Shown: positions 23,042-36,030 of the stretch, piece after piece
How the letters are laid out: each line of letters starts with the position of its first letter
Numbering within the stretch: position 1 is the first letter of the stretch
DNA from: Dicyema japonicum
Taxonomy: Eukaryota > Animalia > Dicyemida
Length of the DNA: 64,000 bases
Assembly: GCA_011109175.1 (NCBI GenBank)
Contig: RDEW01000024.1
Coordinates: forward strand, 303,199-367,198
Direction of reading: 5' to 3'
Program-made: the position numbers and the translations under genes
The notes under the pieces: model-generated
What the model was told of the DNA's origin: nothing
Seen by the model: only the letters and a program-made list of their open reading frames with translations
Databases searched by the model: none

Positions 23042-24380
23042 GCAACTCTCCGAATTAAGTGGAAAGTTTGTATTTTGACATCACTGGAGTTCTCCAACTG
23101 TAGAATAACAAAGTACAACAGCATTATGCAGTCTTTTGAGATATTTATACGACCTTGAACGACAAACTAACAAATATTAAATAATGTTACTAAAATGTAC
23201 TTCTCACAAATATTCATAACCATCGCTGCCACTTCTATGTTAAAGTGGGCTGAAAGAGTTCTTCCACTTCCACGTCAATGTTACTAGTCTCAGAACCCCC
23301 GGAGATGTTGTGAAATCCTGGCTTTACTTAATAGCGCAGGCCTAAGGAGGAAGACACTCCTTGTATTGGAGCTGTTCCTCTGTTCTGAACCACCTTCATG
23401 TATTCGTGCCTGGCTCCACCAGTCCCCATTAGACTTTCTTCCAGTTTGAACTTTACAGATTTGGTTTTTCTGAGAGCATTGACAGAATACTGTTGGTGAT
23501 ACTCTTTATACGTCATCGTGGGTCAGATAAATTGTTCATAAACCGTGGCAAGAATATCAGTTTGTCTTTGAGTGCTTTTGAGAGCACTTATACTCTTTCT
23601 CTTTTTGAGAGCACTTTTCAGGTCAATAGCTTACTTCTAAGGAAGTTTGGTCTAAATATGTGGACTTTTATAAAGGGTAACTGAAAAACCCATGTACTCG
23701 AAAATGTTTAATAAGTTATACTGTGTTTTAAATAATGTAAGTAAACTTAATTAGTTTTATAAAGATTTTAAGAAATTTCAAGTCAGTCCCGAAACCTTTA
23801 AAATCTTGAGTAATTTGCTTAACATAGTCGATGATTTCAAAATAATCAAAATTGTTTGAGGGATACCGGATCTTCCAAACTACGGGACGGATCAAGCTAA
23901 TTTTTTCAGAGGACGTATATACTTAAGTGATAAAAGAGGTTTTAAATTTTCGGGGAGATCGGACCCAGCTAGAGGGAGATACATGAACTTTTGTGATGGT
24001 TCAGGAAAAAGGGTGAATTCCTGTTAGAGTCAATGTGGGTGAGAAATTGTATTAAAAAGTTATAGAGGTTTGTCTGCAAAAACCCAGAGAACTAGCTAAA
24101 GACCTTTTTTACTAATTTAAATGGATAGTGAAGATTTGCTTATATAATTAGACGTAGAATTAAATATTGATTATTTTTATGTATTTATTTTAATAGATCT
24201 GCTTGCAAGAAGCTATTTTTTATTAAATTTATAAATCTAACGTGGTCCCACTAGAAAAGCGTGTTTTCTAATTTAAATTTTTCATACTTTTTGTAAAATC
24301 TAAAATAACTAAAATTTCTTTTATTGTACTACGAGTCGAACTTTTTTTGGTTGAGGTGGTGACGTCCCTCTACTTGCACT

Positions 24381-24742
24381 ATGTCTTCTTCGTATTGCTT
24401 ACCAGTTTCTCCCCTCACTCTTGGATCCCTCAACTGCCGAGGCCTCAATCAGTGCTACAAAAAACAACAATTGGCGCGTGATCTGAGTAAATACAACATC
24501 TCTGTCTGTTGTTTGCAAGAGACGAAAATAACCGAACAATCTGCAGAACTGTTTCAGAATTTTTACCTTTTGACCCTCACACCAGACTGCAGGCACTATG
24601 GGCTCGGATTTGCTGTTCATCGGCACTTGTTTCACTGTGTCTCAAGAGTATAGGCAGTATCTGACCGTGTCGCGGTGTTACAAATCAAATGCGGAAACAA
24701 ACTCAACTCAGTGATCTCCATCATAAATGTATATGCCCCAAC
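24381..24742 (+). mobile_element. RTE-like LINE APE endonuclease N-terminus (runs into gap)
   Basis: SLNCRGL, CCLQETK, HYGLGFAV, V*AVSDRVAVL (W>stop), INVYAP. Confidence 0.88.
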
Positions 24743-25206
24743 NNNNNNNNNNNNNNNNNNNNNNNNNNNNNNNNNNNNNNNNNNNNNNNNNNNNNNNNNN
24801 NNNNNNNNNNNNNNNNNNNNNNNNNNNNNNNNNNNNNNNNNNNNNNNNNNNNNNNNNNNNNNNNNNNNNNNNNNNNNNNNNNNNNNNNNNNNNNNNNNNN
24901 NNNNNNNNNNNNNNNNNNNNNNNNNNNNNNNNNNNNNNNNNNNNNNNNNNNNNNNNNNNNNNNNNNNNNNNNNNNNNNNNNNNNNNNNNNNNNNNNNNNN
25001 NNNNNNNNNNNNNNNNNNNNNNNNNNNNNNNNNNNNNNNNNNNNNNNNNNNNNNNNNNNNNNNNNNNNNNNNNNNNNNNNNNNNNNNNNNNNNNNNNNNN
25101 NNNNNNNNNNNNNNNNNNNNNNNNNNNNNNNNNNNNNNNNNNNNNNNNNNNNNNNNNNNNNNNNNNNNNNNNNNNNNNNNNNNNNNNNNNNNNNNNNNNN
25201 NNNNNN
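24743..25206. other. Assembly gap (others at 6552-6591, 25635-25806, 40092-40124, 42514-42515)
   Basis: Runs of N. Confidence 1.
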
Positions 25207-26197
25207 GGCAGACCCAGAAATACTCTACCAATTTGCTTAAAAGATGATTACGAAACAATCGGTCGTAAATTGGTAAAAACAAAAACAATCGGTCGTAGCC
25301 ATAATTTGACACGCGGAGCCATGTTCTTTTATTGCTAATTAGTTTAAAATTTCTTTTTTTCCATCTTTTGGTGTCATTGAATTTTCCTTATTCAGCTAGC
25401 TCTTTTTCTCATGAACCAATCTGTCCACCATATACAATTGTATTTTTTGGATATAATTTAGGATTTGTATTTTTTGGTGAAAGCATTCAGGGCTTTGGTG
25501 AAAGGTCTTTGGTAAAACTAATTGTATTTTTTGGATATAATTTAGGATTTGTATTTTTTAGTTAAAGCATTCAGGGCTTTGGTGAAAGGTCTTTGGTAAA
25601 ACTAATTGTATTTTTTGGATATAATTTAGGATTTNNNNNNNNNNNNNNNNNNNNNNNNNNNNNNNNNNNNNNNNNNNNNNNNNNNNNNNNNNNNNNNNNN
25701 NNNNNNNNNNNNNNNNNNNNNNNNNNNNNNNNNNNNNNNNNNNNNNNNNNNNNNNNNNNNNNNNNNNNNNNNNNNNNNNNNNNNNNNNNNNNNNNNNNNN
25801 NNNNNNTGTCTGGACCCGACTACGGCGTGTAACAGGATAATGGAAGAATATTTCTACTGCGCCGGAAGTGACGGATTTCGAGGCAGACCCAGAAATACAC
25901 AACCAATTTGCTTAAAAGATGATTACGAAACAATCGGTCGTAAATTGGTAAAAACAAAAACAATCGGTCGTAGCCATAATTTGACACGCGGAGCCATGTT
26001 CTGTTATTGATAATTAGTTTAAAATTTCTTTTTTTCCATCTTTTGGCGTCATTGAATTTTCCTTATTCAGCTAGCTCTTTTTCTCATAAACCAATCTGTT
26101 CACCATATACAATTGTATTTTTTGGTTAAAGCATTCAGGGCTTGGTGAAATGTCTTTGGTAAAACTAATTGTATTTTTTGGATATAATTTAGGATTT
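25207..26197. repeat. ~250-bp segment duplicated across a gap, plus ~80-bp tandem units
   Basis: 25207-25450 matches 25882-26125; repeated ttgtattttttggatataatttaggattt and aagcattcagggctttggtgaaa units. Confidence 0.85.
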
Positions 26198-26254
26198 TCC
26201 TTATTTATCTTTTGGTTATATTTCTCATCCAGGATTTTGCATTTCAAATTCTAG

Positions 26255-26700
26255 ATTTGAGTGGATACAGCAATTAGCACAGATACGAAAGTTCAAAACA
26301 ACAAACCAGATATCTTTGTACAAGACAAAAGGAGGGATTTAATTACGCTTATCGAAATGGTAAACGCCTTTCAACAGCATTGAAACATGTCGAGGTCGAA
26401 AAGCTACAAAAATATGACTTCTTGCCAGTGAATTGGCATCTATCCCAATGCTAAAGTTAATATTGTACCAATCTTAGTAACGTAGATGGATGGTATTGTG
26501 AGCAAATTCTAAAAACATTATCATAATTCCCTGAAGGTTAAGGCGCCAACTTGAGCATATATTCAATCAACCGTCAATAAGAAAACCTTGGAGAGTATAC
26601 GCATAGAGGACACATATGGAATGACTTTCCTGGATGATTTCAGAAAACTCACACTCTAACGGGAACGAATCAATCAGTATCGTCGTGCCAAGGGGCAAAG
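26255..26700 (+). mobile_element. R4-like non-LTR retrotransposon RLE endonuclease fragment
   Basis: TDTKVQNNKPDIFVQDKRRDLITLIE, EVEKLQKYDFL, IVPILVT*DGIVSK (PD..(D/E)xK RLE). Confidence 0.8.
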
Positions 26701-27254
26701 AAGAAGAGAATTAGTTGAAAAGGATAAATCACTTAGTTATTTCTTATAGTTTTGATGATTAATTTTTGAATAATTAATTAAATTTTATTAATATTTTTGA
26801 AACGGTAAATCAAAACGGATTGAATTTAATTTTTTAAGTTAAGTAGACGTTTTTGTGACGTTCTTAGTTGTATTTTATTAACATTTAACCTTTAAAATTA
26901 ATTCATGGTGTCTGTTTTGTCGTCCATATCACTTATAATTATAACTTTTTTTGAGTGTGCGCGAGGAAATGAACTTTTCAGATATAATCCCATTTGCCCA
27001 AAATTTTTTGAATTACGTATTTTTACATATTTAAGACTGTCATACTTGTCTGAACCTAAGATCCCCCAAGCACCAAATAATAAAGCTTTGAGTTTTAACA
27101 ATTTTTGATGAAATAATGATACCAAGTGTCATGACCTACAATGCAAGTTTCCAAAACTTTGAATTTTGAATTTATTGTGAAAATAACTAATTTATTGACA
27201 ATGTTGTATAAAAATTCGATTTTTGTGATTTTCTATATTTTTAATATTATGTAG

Positions 27255-27780
27255 TCAGAATATTTAAGGCTTTTGTCATCCCCGTCCTGACCTACAATTC
27301 AGGCACTTGGGGAATCTCTAAACAAGAGATGGACCGTCTTGACGCTTTCCACAGGACACAATTGAAATCAGTAATCAAGATCAAGTGGCCTAAGAAGATC
27401 TCAAACAATGACCTCTACTCGAAGTGCAAATCTGGTATACTATCCGAGGAGATCTTCAGATCAAGATGGAGTCTCTTTGGACATATCTTACGTCTAATGC
27501 TCAAGTACCCGCGAATATCGCCATGGAAAACTACCTAATGCATACGGGAGCCGGTTTCCGTGGAAGACCAAGAATCACACTCCCAACTATTTTGAATGGA
27601 GACCTGTCGGCTGTGGGACTGAAGCTCACTTCCGCAGACGACCTAGATACCTTAAGGGAACTGGCACGAAGTAGAGGGTCCTGGAAGAGGCTGATAGAGA
27701 GGATGGCTAGAAATACGGCACAAGGGAGGCTTGATTAATTTTATGACTTCTCGGGAGTGCTTTAAATAATAATAAAAATA
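27255..27780 (+). mobile_element. RTE-like LINE 3' end with (AAT)n tail
   Basis: IFKAFVIPVLTYNSGTW, LDAFHR, RWSLFGHILR, RGRPRIT, ARSRGSW; 3' UTR matches 46525-46668. Confidence 0.9.
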
Positions 27781-29149
27781 AGTCATAACATTAATACACC
27801 AATAATAAACTCATAAAAATACATTGACGGTCTCTCTAACCTTCAAGGAGGTCCTTACAAAGGCAAATAATGTAGCATTATCTTGACAGTCCTATCACTT
27901 AGTAATAAAACATTCATTGCTACTAATTTCTGGGATAACTGATAATAAACACCTTACAGGCGTATCTTGAGGACATAGCATACCAAATCCGAATAGTGGA
28001 GATTGTCTTAGATGACTGACCAATTAAATATGCTAATCAATCCTCTACTCATCACATAAACACCAGTTTAACAAATTCACCATCAGTTTTTTTACTAAAA
28101 ATTGAACAATCTTGTGTCCTGTGATCAAAAACGTCTATTATGGCTGGTACAGAAAAATTAATCTCCTGAAATATGAAAAAATGAGGAAAAAAGAAATGGT
28201 AAAAGAACTATAGGCAAAGAGTGAACCACAGCTATTTGGATTATTAACTCATTAATATGTCTTTCAATATACAATCCAACATAATCTCCTGGCAATCATC
28301 TCCAGTGACAGATATACAAATTTATAAGGAATATACTTAAATAGTAAAATTACACATTAAAGGACTGAGAATTATTATTGATGTTAATCTGAGTAGTCAT
28401 TCAAGACAACTGAATGCTTGTAATTGCATAAATGAAGAACAGCATTGCAATAGAAATTCCAATATTAAAGAGTGACTAATAATCTTACTTGAATTTAATG
28501 AGTTCATTTCACAAAACAGTCTACAAAAATTAATAGAAACTTTTTTCTTGTAAAATAAAGCGAATATGAACAATCAACTCTATGATAATATCAACTCCCC
28601 ACAATGATAACAAAGTCAAATATTTCCCGAGGACTCTATTCTCGCTGCTACATTGAGTCACAAGCGAACTTGCAGCGCCAAAATAACAGTGTTGGCAATC
28701 ATGACTCCAAGACGAGATACTGTCTTTGAAACCAGTGTTGATATTAACCATTATTGAAATACAGTTTGGTTGGCTCCCAGTGAGGGCGTACTCTATGAAT
28801 TACATTGAAATAATATTTTTCGTTCACTATATTCTTATCAAGTTAACAGTTCCTTTAATCTGTTTTTCCTCATTCTGAAATGTGACAATCAAGAAGCTGA
28901 TAATATATACCACCGAGGAGACGTTCAATATTTTGTAGATTATATAATAGATCCCCCAATGACTTCTGGTGGTTATGAAAGTGACCATATCCTTGTTTTA
29001 TGGGATCAATATAATAAAAAAGTACTGTACATCTCCTGCGATTCCCCGACCAGCTTTTGAAAGTGATAGAATGCTTATCAAATGAAGTTTTTTAAATATT
29101 TATTTTTAGGAAATTTAAAGCAGAATATTCGAAATATGAGTTTACAAAA

Positions 29150-30100
29150 ATTCAATTTACTTGTTTTTAAGTGAAAACGTGAACAATATGACGAACATTC
29201 CGAGTCTTGGCCTAAAATGAATAAATAACCGACTTTTGTCTCATTAATTGGAACCATTATTACTATCAGAATCTCGAGTATTTTCTACCATTCCTGAATT
29301 CTTGTTGTATTCAAAAATAACCAACATGAGAACTTTTTCTTTGGTATCAATTTCATTTTAAATATTAGTCCCTTGTTGACTACGATAGCAAGGAAAAGAT
29401 TAAGCAGAATATCTGGATTGACAGTGAAAAATACAATTTGGGAAAATAAACAAAGCAACAAAATGTAGAGAAACCAAAGCTCCTGAAAGAATTGATCACC
29501 TGAGAATGTTAACACCAGCATATAAGACTAGATTTCAATCTTCTCCAGTCAAATTCTATATTTAAGGTTGCAAGACATTAATAAATGTTTGCCAAATTCC
29601 ATCGAAATTACTTTAATTTTTTTTATCTGAGCAATGAAAAAATTCGTTATGGATAAACATAGTGGAATCCCTGACACTTTACAGAACTAGATGGATCAGT
29701 AGCTATTCCTTTGTATCGACGACTCCTAGAGGGAGTGTCAATGGTTGTATCAATTCGAATCCGTAAAGCCGTAGTGTCTTCTGGTGTAGGAAGCAGATTT
29801 GTTAAATTGGAAAAAAACTTATATTATTGAATAATAATTGCCTAGAATACAGCTATTCTCATGCAATCCCCAAGGTTGTCATCTGTTATACATGGGAGAC
29901 AGCATCGAACACATTATTGTATCTTAAACTCATGTGGATGGAACAGCAGTCTGCTAAACTCATTTTGGAATTCTAACTTCATTTTGGAAGAATTTATTGA
30001 TCATATCGAGAATATATTTATTGTTGCCCTGTAGTTCCAAATTTAGTTCATTCAGTTTTGTGGCAGAATCAGTAAAAATGCCAAGTTTAAAAGTCAATCA
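29150..30100 (-). mobile_element. Possible hAT transposase remnant
   Basis: Very decayed RW(N)S-like and LDP-like positions; weak. Confidence 0.25.
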
Positions 30101-30564
30101 TGATTTAAAGAAAATGCCAATCCTTATTTTTCTTTTGAAAATTCTTTAATATATTGTTTTATTCTCTGAAAAGTGAGAATTAATCCCTTGCTTAACTATC
30201 TTGTGTCACAGTGCAAAGGTAGATCGCCATAGCATCGACTTGTTCTAGAAAAATTCAAAATTATCTTCTTTGTAAGGCCTTATCAAGAATAGAATTAATA
30301 GTTTTAAAGGATAACATAGTTAAAATTTAACATTTTTCTACATAATGCATGTTGGTGAATGATGCAATGATATGTGAAAAAAAATCGGGTAATGAACGTC
30401 TTTATGACAAAATGGAAAAAGTCCATTTTGATTTCCAAACTTGTCGAAAGAATTATAGATACATAAAATTATTGAAAATAATTCTTCCTTGACAGTTAAC
30501 TCATGGATTTTTTTTATTTTATATATAACACAGAAAACTAACTTTTCCTTGCATTGTATTGTTA

Positions 30565-30625
30565 AAAATCAATCGATTGCGATCGACAAAAAATCCCGAT
30601 GCGATCATCGGTTTGCCGCCCCTGC
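30565..30625 (+). mobile_element. hAT-type 3' terminus
   Basis: gcgatcgac...gcgatcatcggtttgccgcccctg resembles Buster/Charlie-type ends. Confidence 0.5.
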
Positions 30626-31429
30626 TGTAGAACTATCCTCATTCAACTTTTCTCGTGTAATATCATATTGTCATGATATCCACGTGGGCGGGTTCTTGAA
30701 AGAAGAGCTCGAAATTGTGATTTTTTATATTACAGTTAAAATGCGATTTTGGAGATTAATTTACGTTTCCGCGGCGGTAGGACGTGTGATAAAAATGGAA
30801 GAGGGGACCTACTTCTCGACCTCTCTTAAGAAGCAAAAATCTGTATTATTGAAGAGTGAATTTGGTCTTTACATGCAGACGTTCCCCTTGTTTCCCCACC
30901 TTGGATTAAATTTAAAAGTTCAGTATAAAGACTACTTTATTAAATGTCGACATACTTTTTGGTCTTTACATGCAGACGTTCCCCTTGTGTCCACACCTTG
31001 GATTAAATTAAAAAGTTCATTATAAAGACTACTTTATTAAATGTCGACATACTTTTTGGCACGTATATTTCATCTATAAAAAAGTTCACCACTTTTTGCG
31101 ATGAAAAACAGTCTTATAATATTATGTCACGAGCCTAGGTGGTTACAGTTTGCTTATTTTTCGATAAAAATTGAAAATTAATTTATCGCTTGAGATAAAT
31201 ATAGAAATTAATTTTTTTTATTAAATAATAACAGCATAGGGAATTAATGTCTATTTGAAGAAAAGCGGAAGAAGGCCGCATAGGGAATTAGTGTCTATCA
31301 GGTATGTAGTTTCATGCGAGATTTATAATGATGTTATATCTATGTTTAGTTGTTTCTCTTCAATATAAAGCGAGGTCTGTCAAATGAAATGCAGTTAGCT
31401 ATGTCAAGTACCCCCTCTATCAAAGGCCT

Positions 31430-31830
31430 CGGATGGTTTTCGAAAACCAACAATGGGTGAGAGGACACTCTGCTCGAGATGTTCGAAGAACTCGGATTGT
31501 CAGTGGCCAACTCCCATGAACCCAACCACTAGGATACTCAGTTCGAAAAAAAAGACCTGATATAACTAAAATGATACTTAAAAAAGAAGGCTGAGAATCC
31601 AGATGCAGTGCAGGTTAGAGGAGAATAGTGGTATAGTCAAACGGAGGATCTACAAATTTTGGTGCCAAATTGATAACTCGTCCTAATTGAGGACTGATTT
31701 CAAGGTTATAGAAGATCAAAAAACAATGCTCCCAGATCAGATAGGACACTAATGTCGCTTTTAAAAAAGTTTGATGGACGTCTTAATGTTTGGTTATGTT
31801 CTCAGAAATTGGAAGGTTGCCAACAGGTTT
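31430..31830 (+). mobile_element. LINE remnant (APE and pre-RT)
   Basis: LLEMFEELGLSVANS and NNAPRSD....LLKK (APGxD-like). Confidence 0.45.
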
Positions 31831-32603
31831 AAGTAAGGAAACTAGGAAAACGACCGTATCACTTAAACACCACAATAAAACCAAACTAACTAATCACGTG
31901 ATCCAGAAATGATGCAGCAGTGATCTCATCGTGGCTTTACAATTCTCGAGTTCATAAAACCACTTATTCGGCGCAGAAATTAATTTGCAGTCGCACGGAC
32001 ATACTACTTTTTTTTTAAAAGATTTTGAATTCAAGAACAATTGTTGAGGAGTTTTTGAAATACCCGTAACTTTAAATCCTCTTCTCTGGCCATTGTAGAC
32101 AAAGAAAACAGGAATTAGTCAAATATCTAAGTTACCACAAAAGAATATAAAGTCAATAAGAAAATAAATAAACTAAATGGCAACAAATAATATATTATTA
32201 TTTTTCCAAAAATGACCAGGTAAACAATAATTATAAGGAAAACGCCATCAGGTGATTCAGGCTTCTCTCAGCAATATTCTCACTTTTCCCGTTGTTGCTC
32301 TCCCGAACCGACACTTTTACAATAACACCGATTTTCTGACGGTTCCATTTTGAGTGAACATACCCCCCGAATTCCTCACAATGACCTCAAATAAGGTTGC
32401 CCTTATTGGTAGTCTTGTGAACTGAGAAATTGTTTTGGTCATACTGGATTGAGTGGAGTTGAAAAAATATATAAAGTTAAATGAGAAAAGTAGTTAAATT
32501 AAATGATAATAAATAAAAAATATAAATAATATCATGAAATCATATTTTGAAATTTTCATGTGGATTATTTAAATCAGAAAACCATAATTACAGTAAATCA
32601 TAT

Positions 32604-32812
32604 TTAAAACTGCCATCCATCCAAAGTGGACCCCGCCGACATTATCGACGTTGCGTTCCTTCTCACGATTGCAACAGAGATCAATTGAAGTAGCCATCGG
32701 GTCTCACGTGCGTCGTGGCTTTTTAGTGTAGCTAAGCGTCCAAGTTTCTTTAGGAAACGAAGCGATTTTCCACTTATTCCTCCCGCTGTCTCGACCACTA
32801 TTGGATAGTCGT
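32604..32812 (-). mobile_element. CRE-clade RLE C-terminus and 3' end (related remnant at ~54050-54150)
   Basis: PIVVETAGGISGKSLRFLKKLG...LLQLISVAIVRRNATSI. Confidence 0.82.
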
Positions 32813-35721
32813 GGATTATAATGGAGACTGGCAGTAAACCCCCTTCAATTGCACGTATGTCTAAAAACATACCCTTGAGAAATCGTACTTATCAAAAACC
32901 AAGACCTATACACAGTATTTAAATCGAAGCACTTGGATACAATTACCGAAGTCAGATGGACGTGGATTATAATGGAGACTGGCAGTAAACCCCCTTCAAT
33001 TGCACGTATGTCTAAAAACACACTCTGGAGAAATCGTACATATCAAAAACCAAGACTTATACACAGTATTTAAATCGAAGCACTTGGATACATTTATCAA
33101 AGTCAGATGGAGTCAGATGAATCGTGCTGTCTATGAAATCATACCTCCTCTGCTCAGGGGCCTTTAGAAGAAAGCCATGAATAATTTTGCCATAAATAAT
33201 GAACATCGATCTAAACATGTCAATATGTATTAGAAGACGCAGATGAAGTAGACAAACTCCAAAAAATCACAATCTCAAAAAGAGCTTGGACGTTTCTAAA
33301 AGACCGAATCATCCGGGGGTGAGAAAATCGACGGGAAGGATATAACTTTCTTATTGTAAATGTCCATAACAATTATGTCTCCAATTTTATGCCAACTGCT
33401 AGAAGTTATGGTATTACAGTATTTGGTAGACTCTGATTTGATTGTCCTTCGATTATGGGTCTTTTTATTTATACAGTATAAGACTGGACAAGTTGGTTTA
33501 TTTCACTTTACACACATTGGACGTCGTCAGGAGGAAAGAAACAAGGAAATAAAACCAGATCTAACTCTCCCAATCGGATGCCTTATCCACGCGTCAACCT
33601 ACGTTTTCAGTAATTTCCTTATTTAATTCTATCAGCAACTCAGTGCAAGTTGTCCCAGGAGAAAGATGCCTCATCCACGCGTCAACCTACGTTTTCAGTA
33701 ATTTCCTTATTTAATTCTATCAGCAACTCAGTGCAAGTTGTCCCAGGAGAAAGTGGTCTCAGAGATATGTAAGTCCCCGAGGACTTGGTTTCACTAGTTT
33801 GTTATTACTCTAACTGTAGGCGCAAAATTTCCTCCAAAGGCTACGGAATGAGATTATCCGTGAACTAAGGATGACTGCTTGATCGACTATCTATAATTAA
33901 GAACCTGTGACTATTATAATATTCTCAGCAGAGGAGACACATTGGATCCTCCATTTTTGATGAGATCCAGTAGAATGTTTAATGCAGTTCTTCCATAGTT
34001 AATTGGGTAGCATTTTACAGACGTGTTCCACTATGGCTGGAAGGTGAGGAAATAACACCCTCACACACGTGTATCATGTGTTGCTGCCACTGGTATAGTA
34101 TTTGTTACTTATTATTAGATTACGTCATGGATGGGACAGTTTTAGTGGATGTGCTGAATATGCAGAGCACGTGCCTAATTTATTCCCTCAATTTGAATGA
34201 GAACGCTATCCAAGATTTGTTGTTTTTTAAGTCAGTCATTTGTGCTTACAGAGAGTAAACATTTGAGGTATATTTTTATGTTTTATATTACAAGGGGAGT
34301 TAAACAGTTGAGGAACGCTCTCATTGAAAAAAAATATGGAGCCTTCCACTAATGATGTTGATGCTAGGATTGTTGTCATTGTTCCTTGAAAGGGCAGTTA
34401 TCTTTTCCCCAAGTCTTGACTATTCAGCACCACCTGCTTTGATTGAGTTTTGTTACACAGATGTTCTTTCATTATTCATAACTTCAAGAATGATGAATCC
34501 TTAATCAGATATGTTTTCATTTTATGTACGTCTGCTTGCAATCTCCACCTAATATGTCAAAATAACTCTATATATCACTGGACTACTTCATTTTCTACTG
34601 ATCAAGTTTACTAATTATCCTCATATCGTGTGGTATTCTAAAGAAATACGATTTATGCCAACCGTGCTGTAATTTGTCACAGAGGACATGATTACAAGTT
34701 GTTGTATGTTATTATTTGTTAATATAAGTACAGATTATGTGGCAGGGGTACGGATACACAACATACAGTCGAAAGTTACAAATAGGGCGCTCATACAAAT
34801 CACTATTTAAAAATATCGTCTTCTCAAATTTTTAATAATTAAATTAATTATTTTTTTAATAAAATATTTTTTTAACAAAGAAACAAATGTCATTTGAGGA
34901 AGCCGGCTGCGTGGATTGCGAACGAGTTTCCTCGGAGTATGGCCATTCCAATCTTTTGTCTCAGCTATAACTCTTCTCGTTGATCCCTTTTCTTTCTGGC
35001 GAGCATTCCTCAATTGATTATAAAATTTAAATAAAAAAATTAACAATTTGAACAGTGTTGTATAAATTTGGATAAAAGTTCTTAACTATTCGTCTTTATG
35101 TTTGTAATCTCGTTGATCCCTTTTCTTTCTGGCGAGCATTCCTCAATTGATTATAAAATTTAAATAAAAAAATTAACAATTTGAACAGTGTTGTATAAAT
35201 TTGGATAAAAGTTCTTAACTATTCGTCTTTATGTTTGTAATTAAGTCCTAGATCTCTTTTTGCAATGCCTAAGCTGTTTTTTTTGCGATTAACTTGCATA
35301 ATATACTGAACCCTCTCACAATCATGTAAGACATGAGAAATGAAATAAACAAATATTTAATGACAAATAATTTCAATTTTAACATAAAATAAGATATTCT
35401 TAAGTTATGGCTTTTCTTAGTAGCCTTCTCAAAATATACTGAACCCTCTCACAATCATGTAAGACATGAGAAATGAAATAAACAAATATTTAATGACAAA
35501 TAATTTCAATTTTAACATAAAATAAGATATTCTTAAGTTATGGCTTTTCTTAGTAGCCTTCTCAACTTTACTCAATGTTTTATACACTCAGCGAACAAAT
35601 CTGTTCTTCGGGCGCCAGTTCCCTTCATTAGGACCTCAAATGGTGTCGGCCGTAACAGGTTAGTCGAAAAACATTGAAGGGATTTGTAGCTGCCGGCTGT
35701 AAGTTTCTCCATGCTGCGTAT

Positions 35722-36030
35722 AATAATAATAGCAGTTTTTTTCACGGAGCCGTGGTATTAGCTCCGCATAGGCAGGACACACACTTTATTTAAGTAAAGA
35801 ACAGTTAATTTTAACTAATCGAGGAACAAAGGAATGGTCTTCACTTCTATTTTCTTTTTCTTGTGTGTGGGACTTTTTTGACTATCCAGTTCCGCAGTGA
35901 GAGTCCAGTGATGACGGAGTCACTCGTCAAGCCTTTTGGCATCGTAGATGCGTGGAACCTTCCACCAGATGAACAGTAGCAAGAATCGAACCCGTAACCT
36001 AAGTCATTTTAGCCCGACACCTAACCACTA
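35722..36030 (-). mobile_element. tRNA-headed SINE, near full length, with 14-bp target-site duplication
   Basis: A-box-like TAGTGGTTAGG and B-box GGTTCGATTC (35983-35992). 3' hairpin GCGGAGC/GCTCCGT and (ATT)n tail. TCCATGCTGCGTAT at 35708-35721 and 36031-36044. Confidence 0.9.

Noticed and set aside
23700-24330. MITE/Kolobok-like non-coding element (similar impression at 26890-27250)
   Set aside because: Only a stylistic resemblance; I could not identify paired TIRs or a TSD
24632-25902. Long ORFs in the track
   Set aside because: They are artefacts of translating N-gaps
30489-31025. 178-aa ORF
   Set aside because: It spans a hAT-like terminus and a 97-bp tandem duplication, with no domain signal
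34300-34560. Merlin/IS1595-like transposase remnant on the minus strand
   Set aside because: The motifs are too decayed to support a call
34887-35018. Possible small spliced gene starting MSFEEAGCVDCERV
   Set aside because: No GT-AG choice gives a convincing continuous frame
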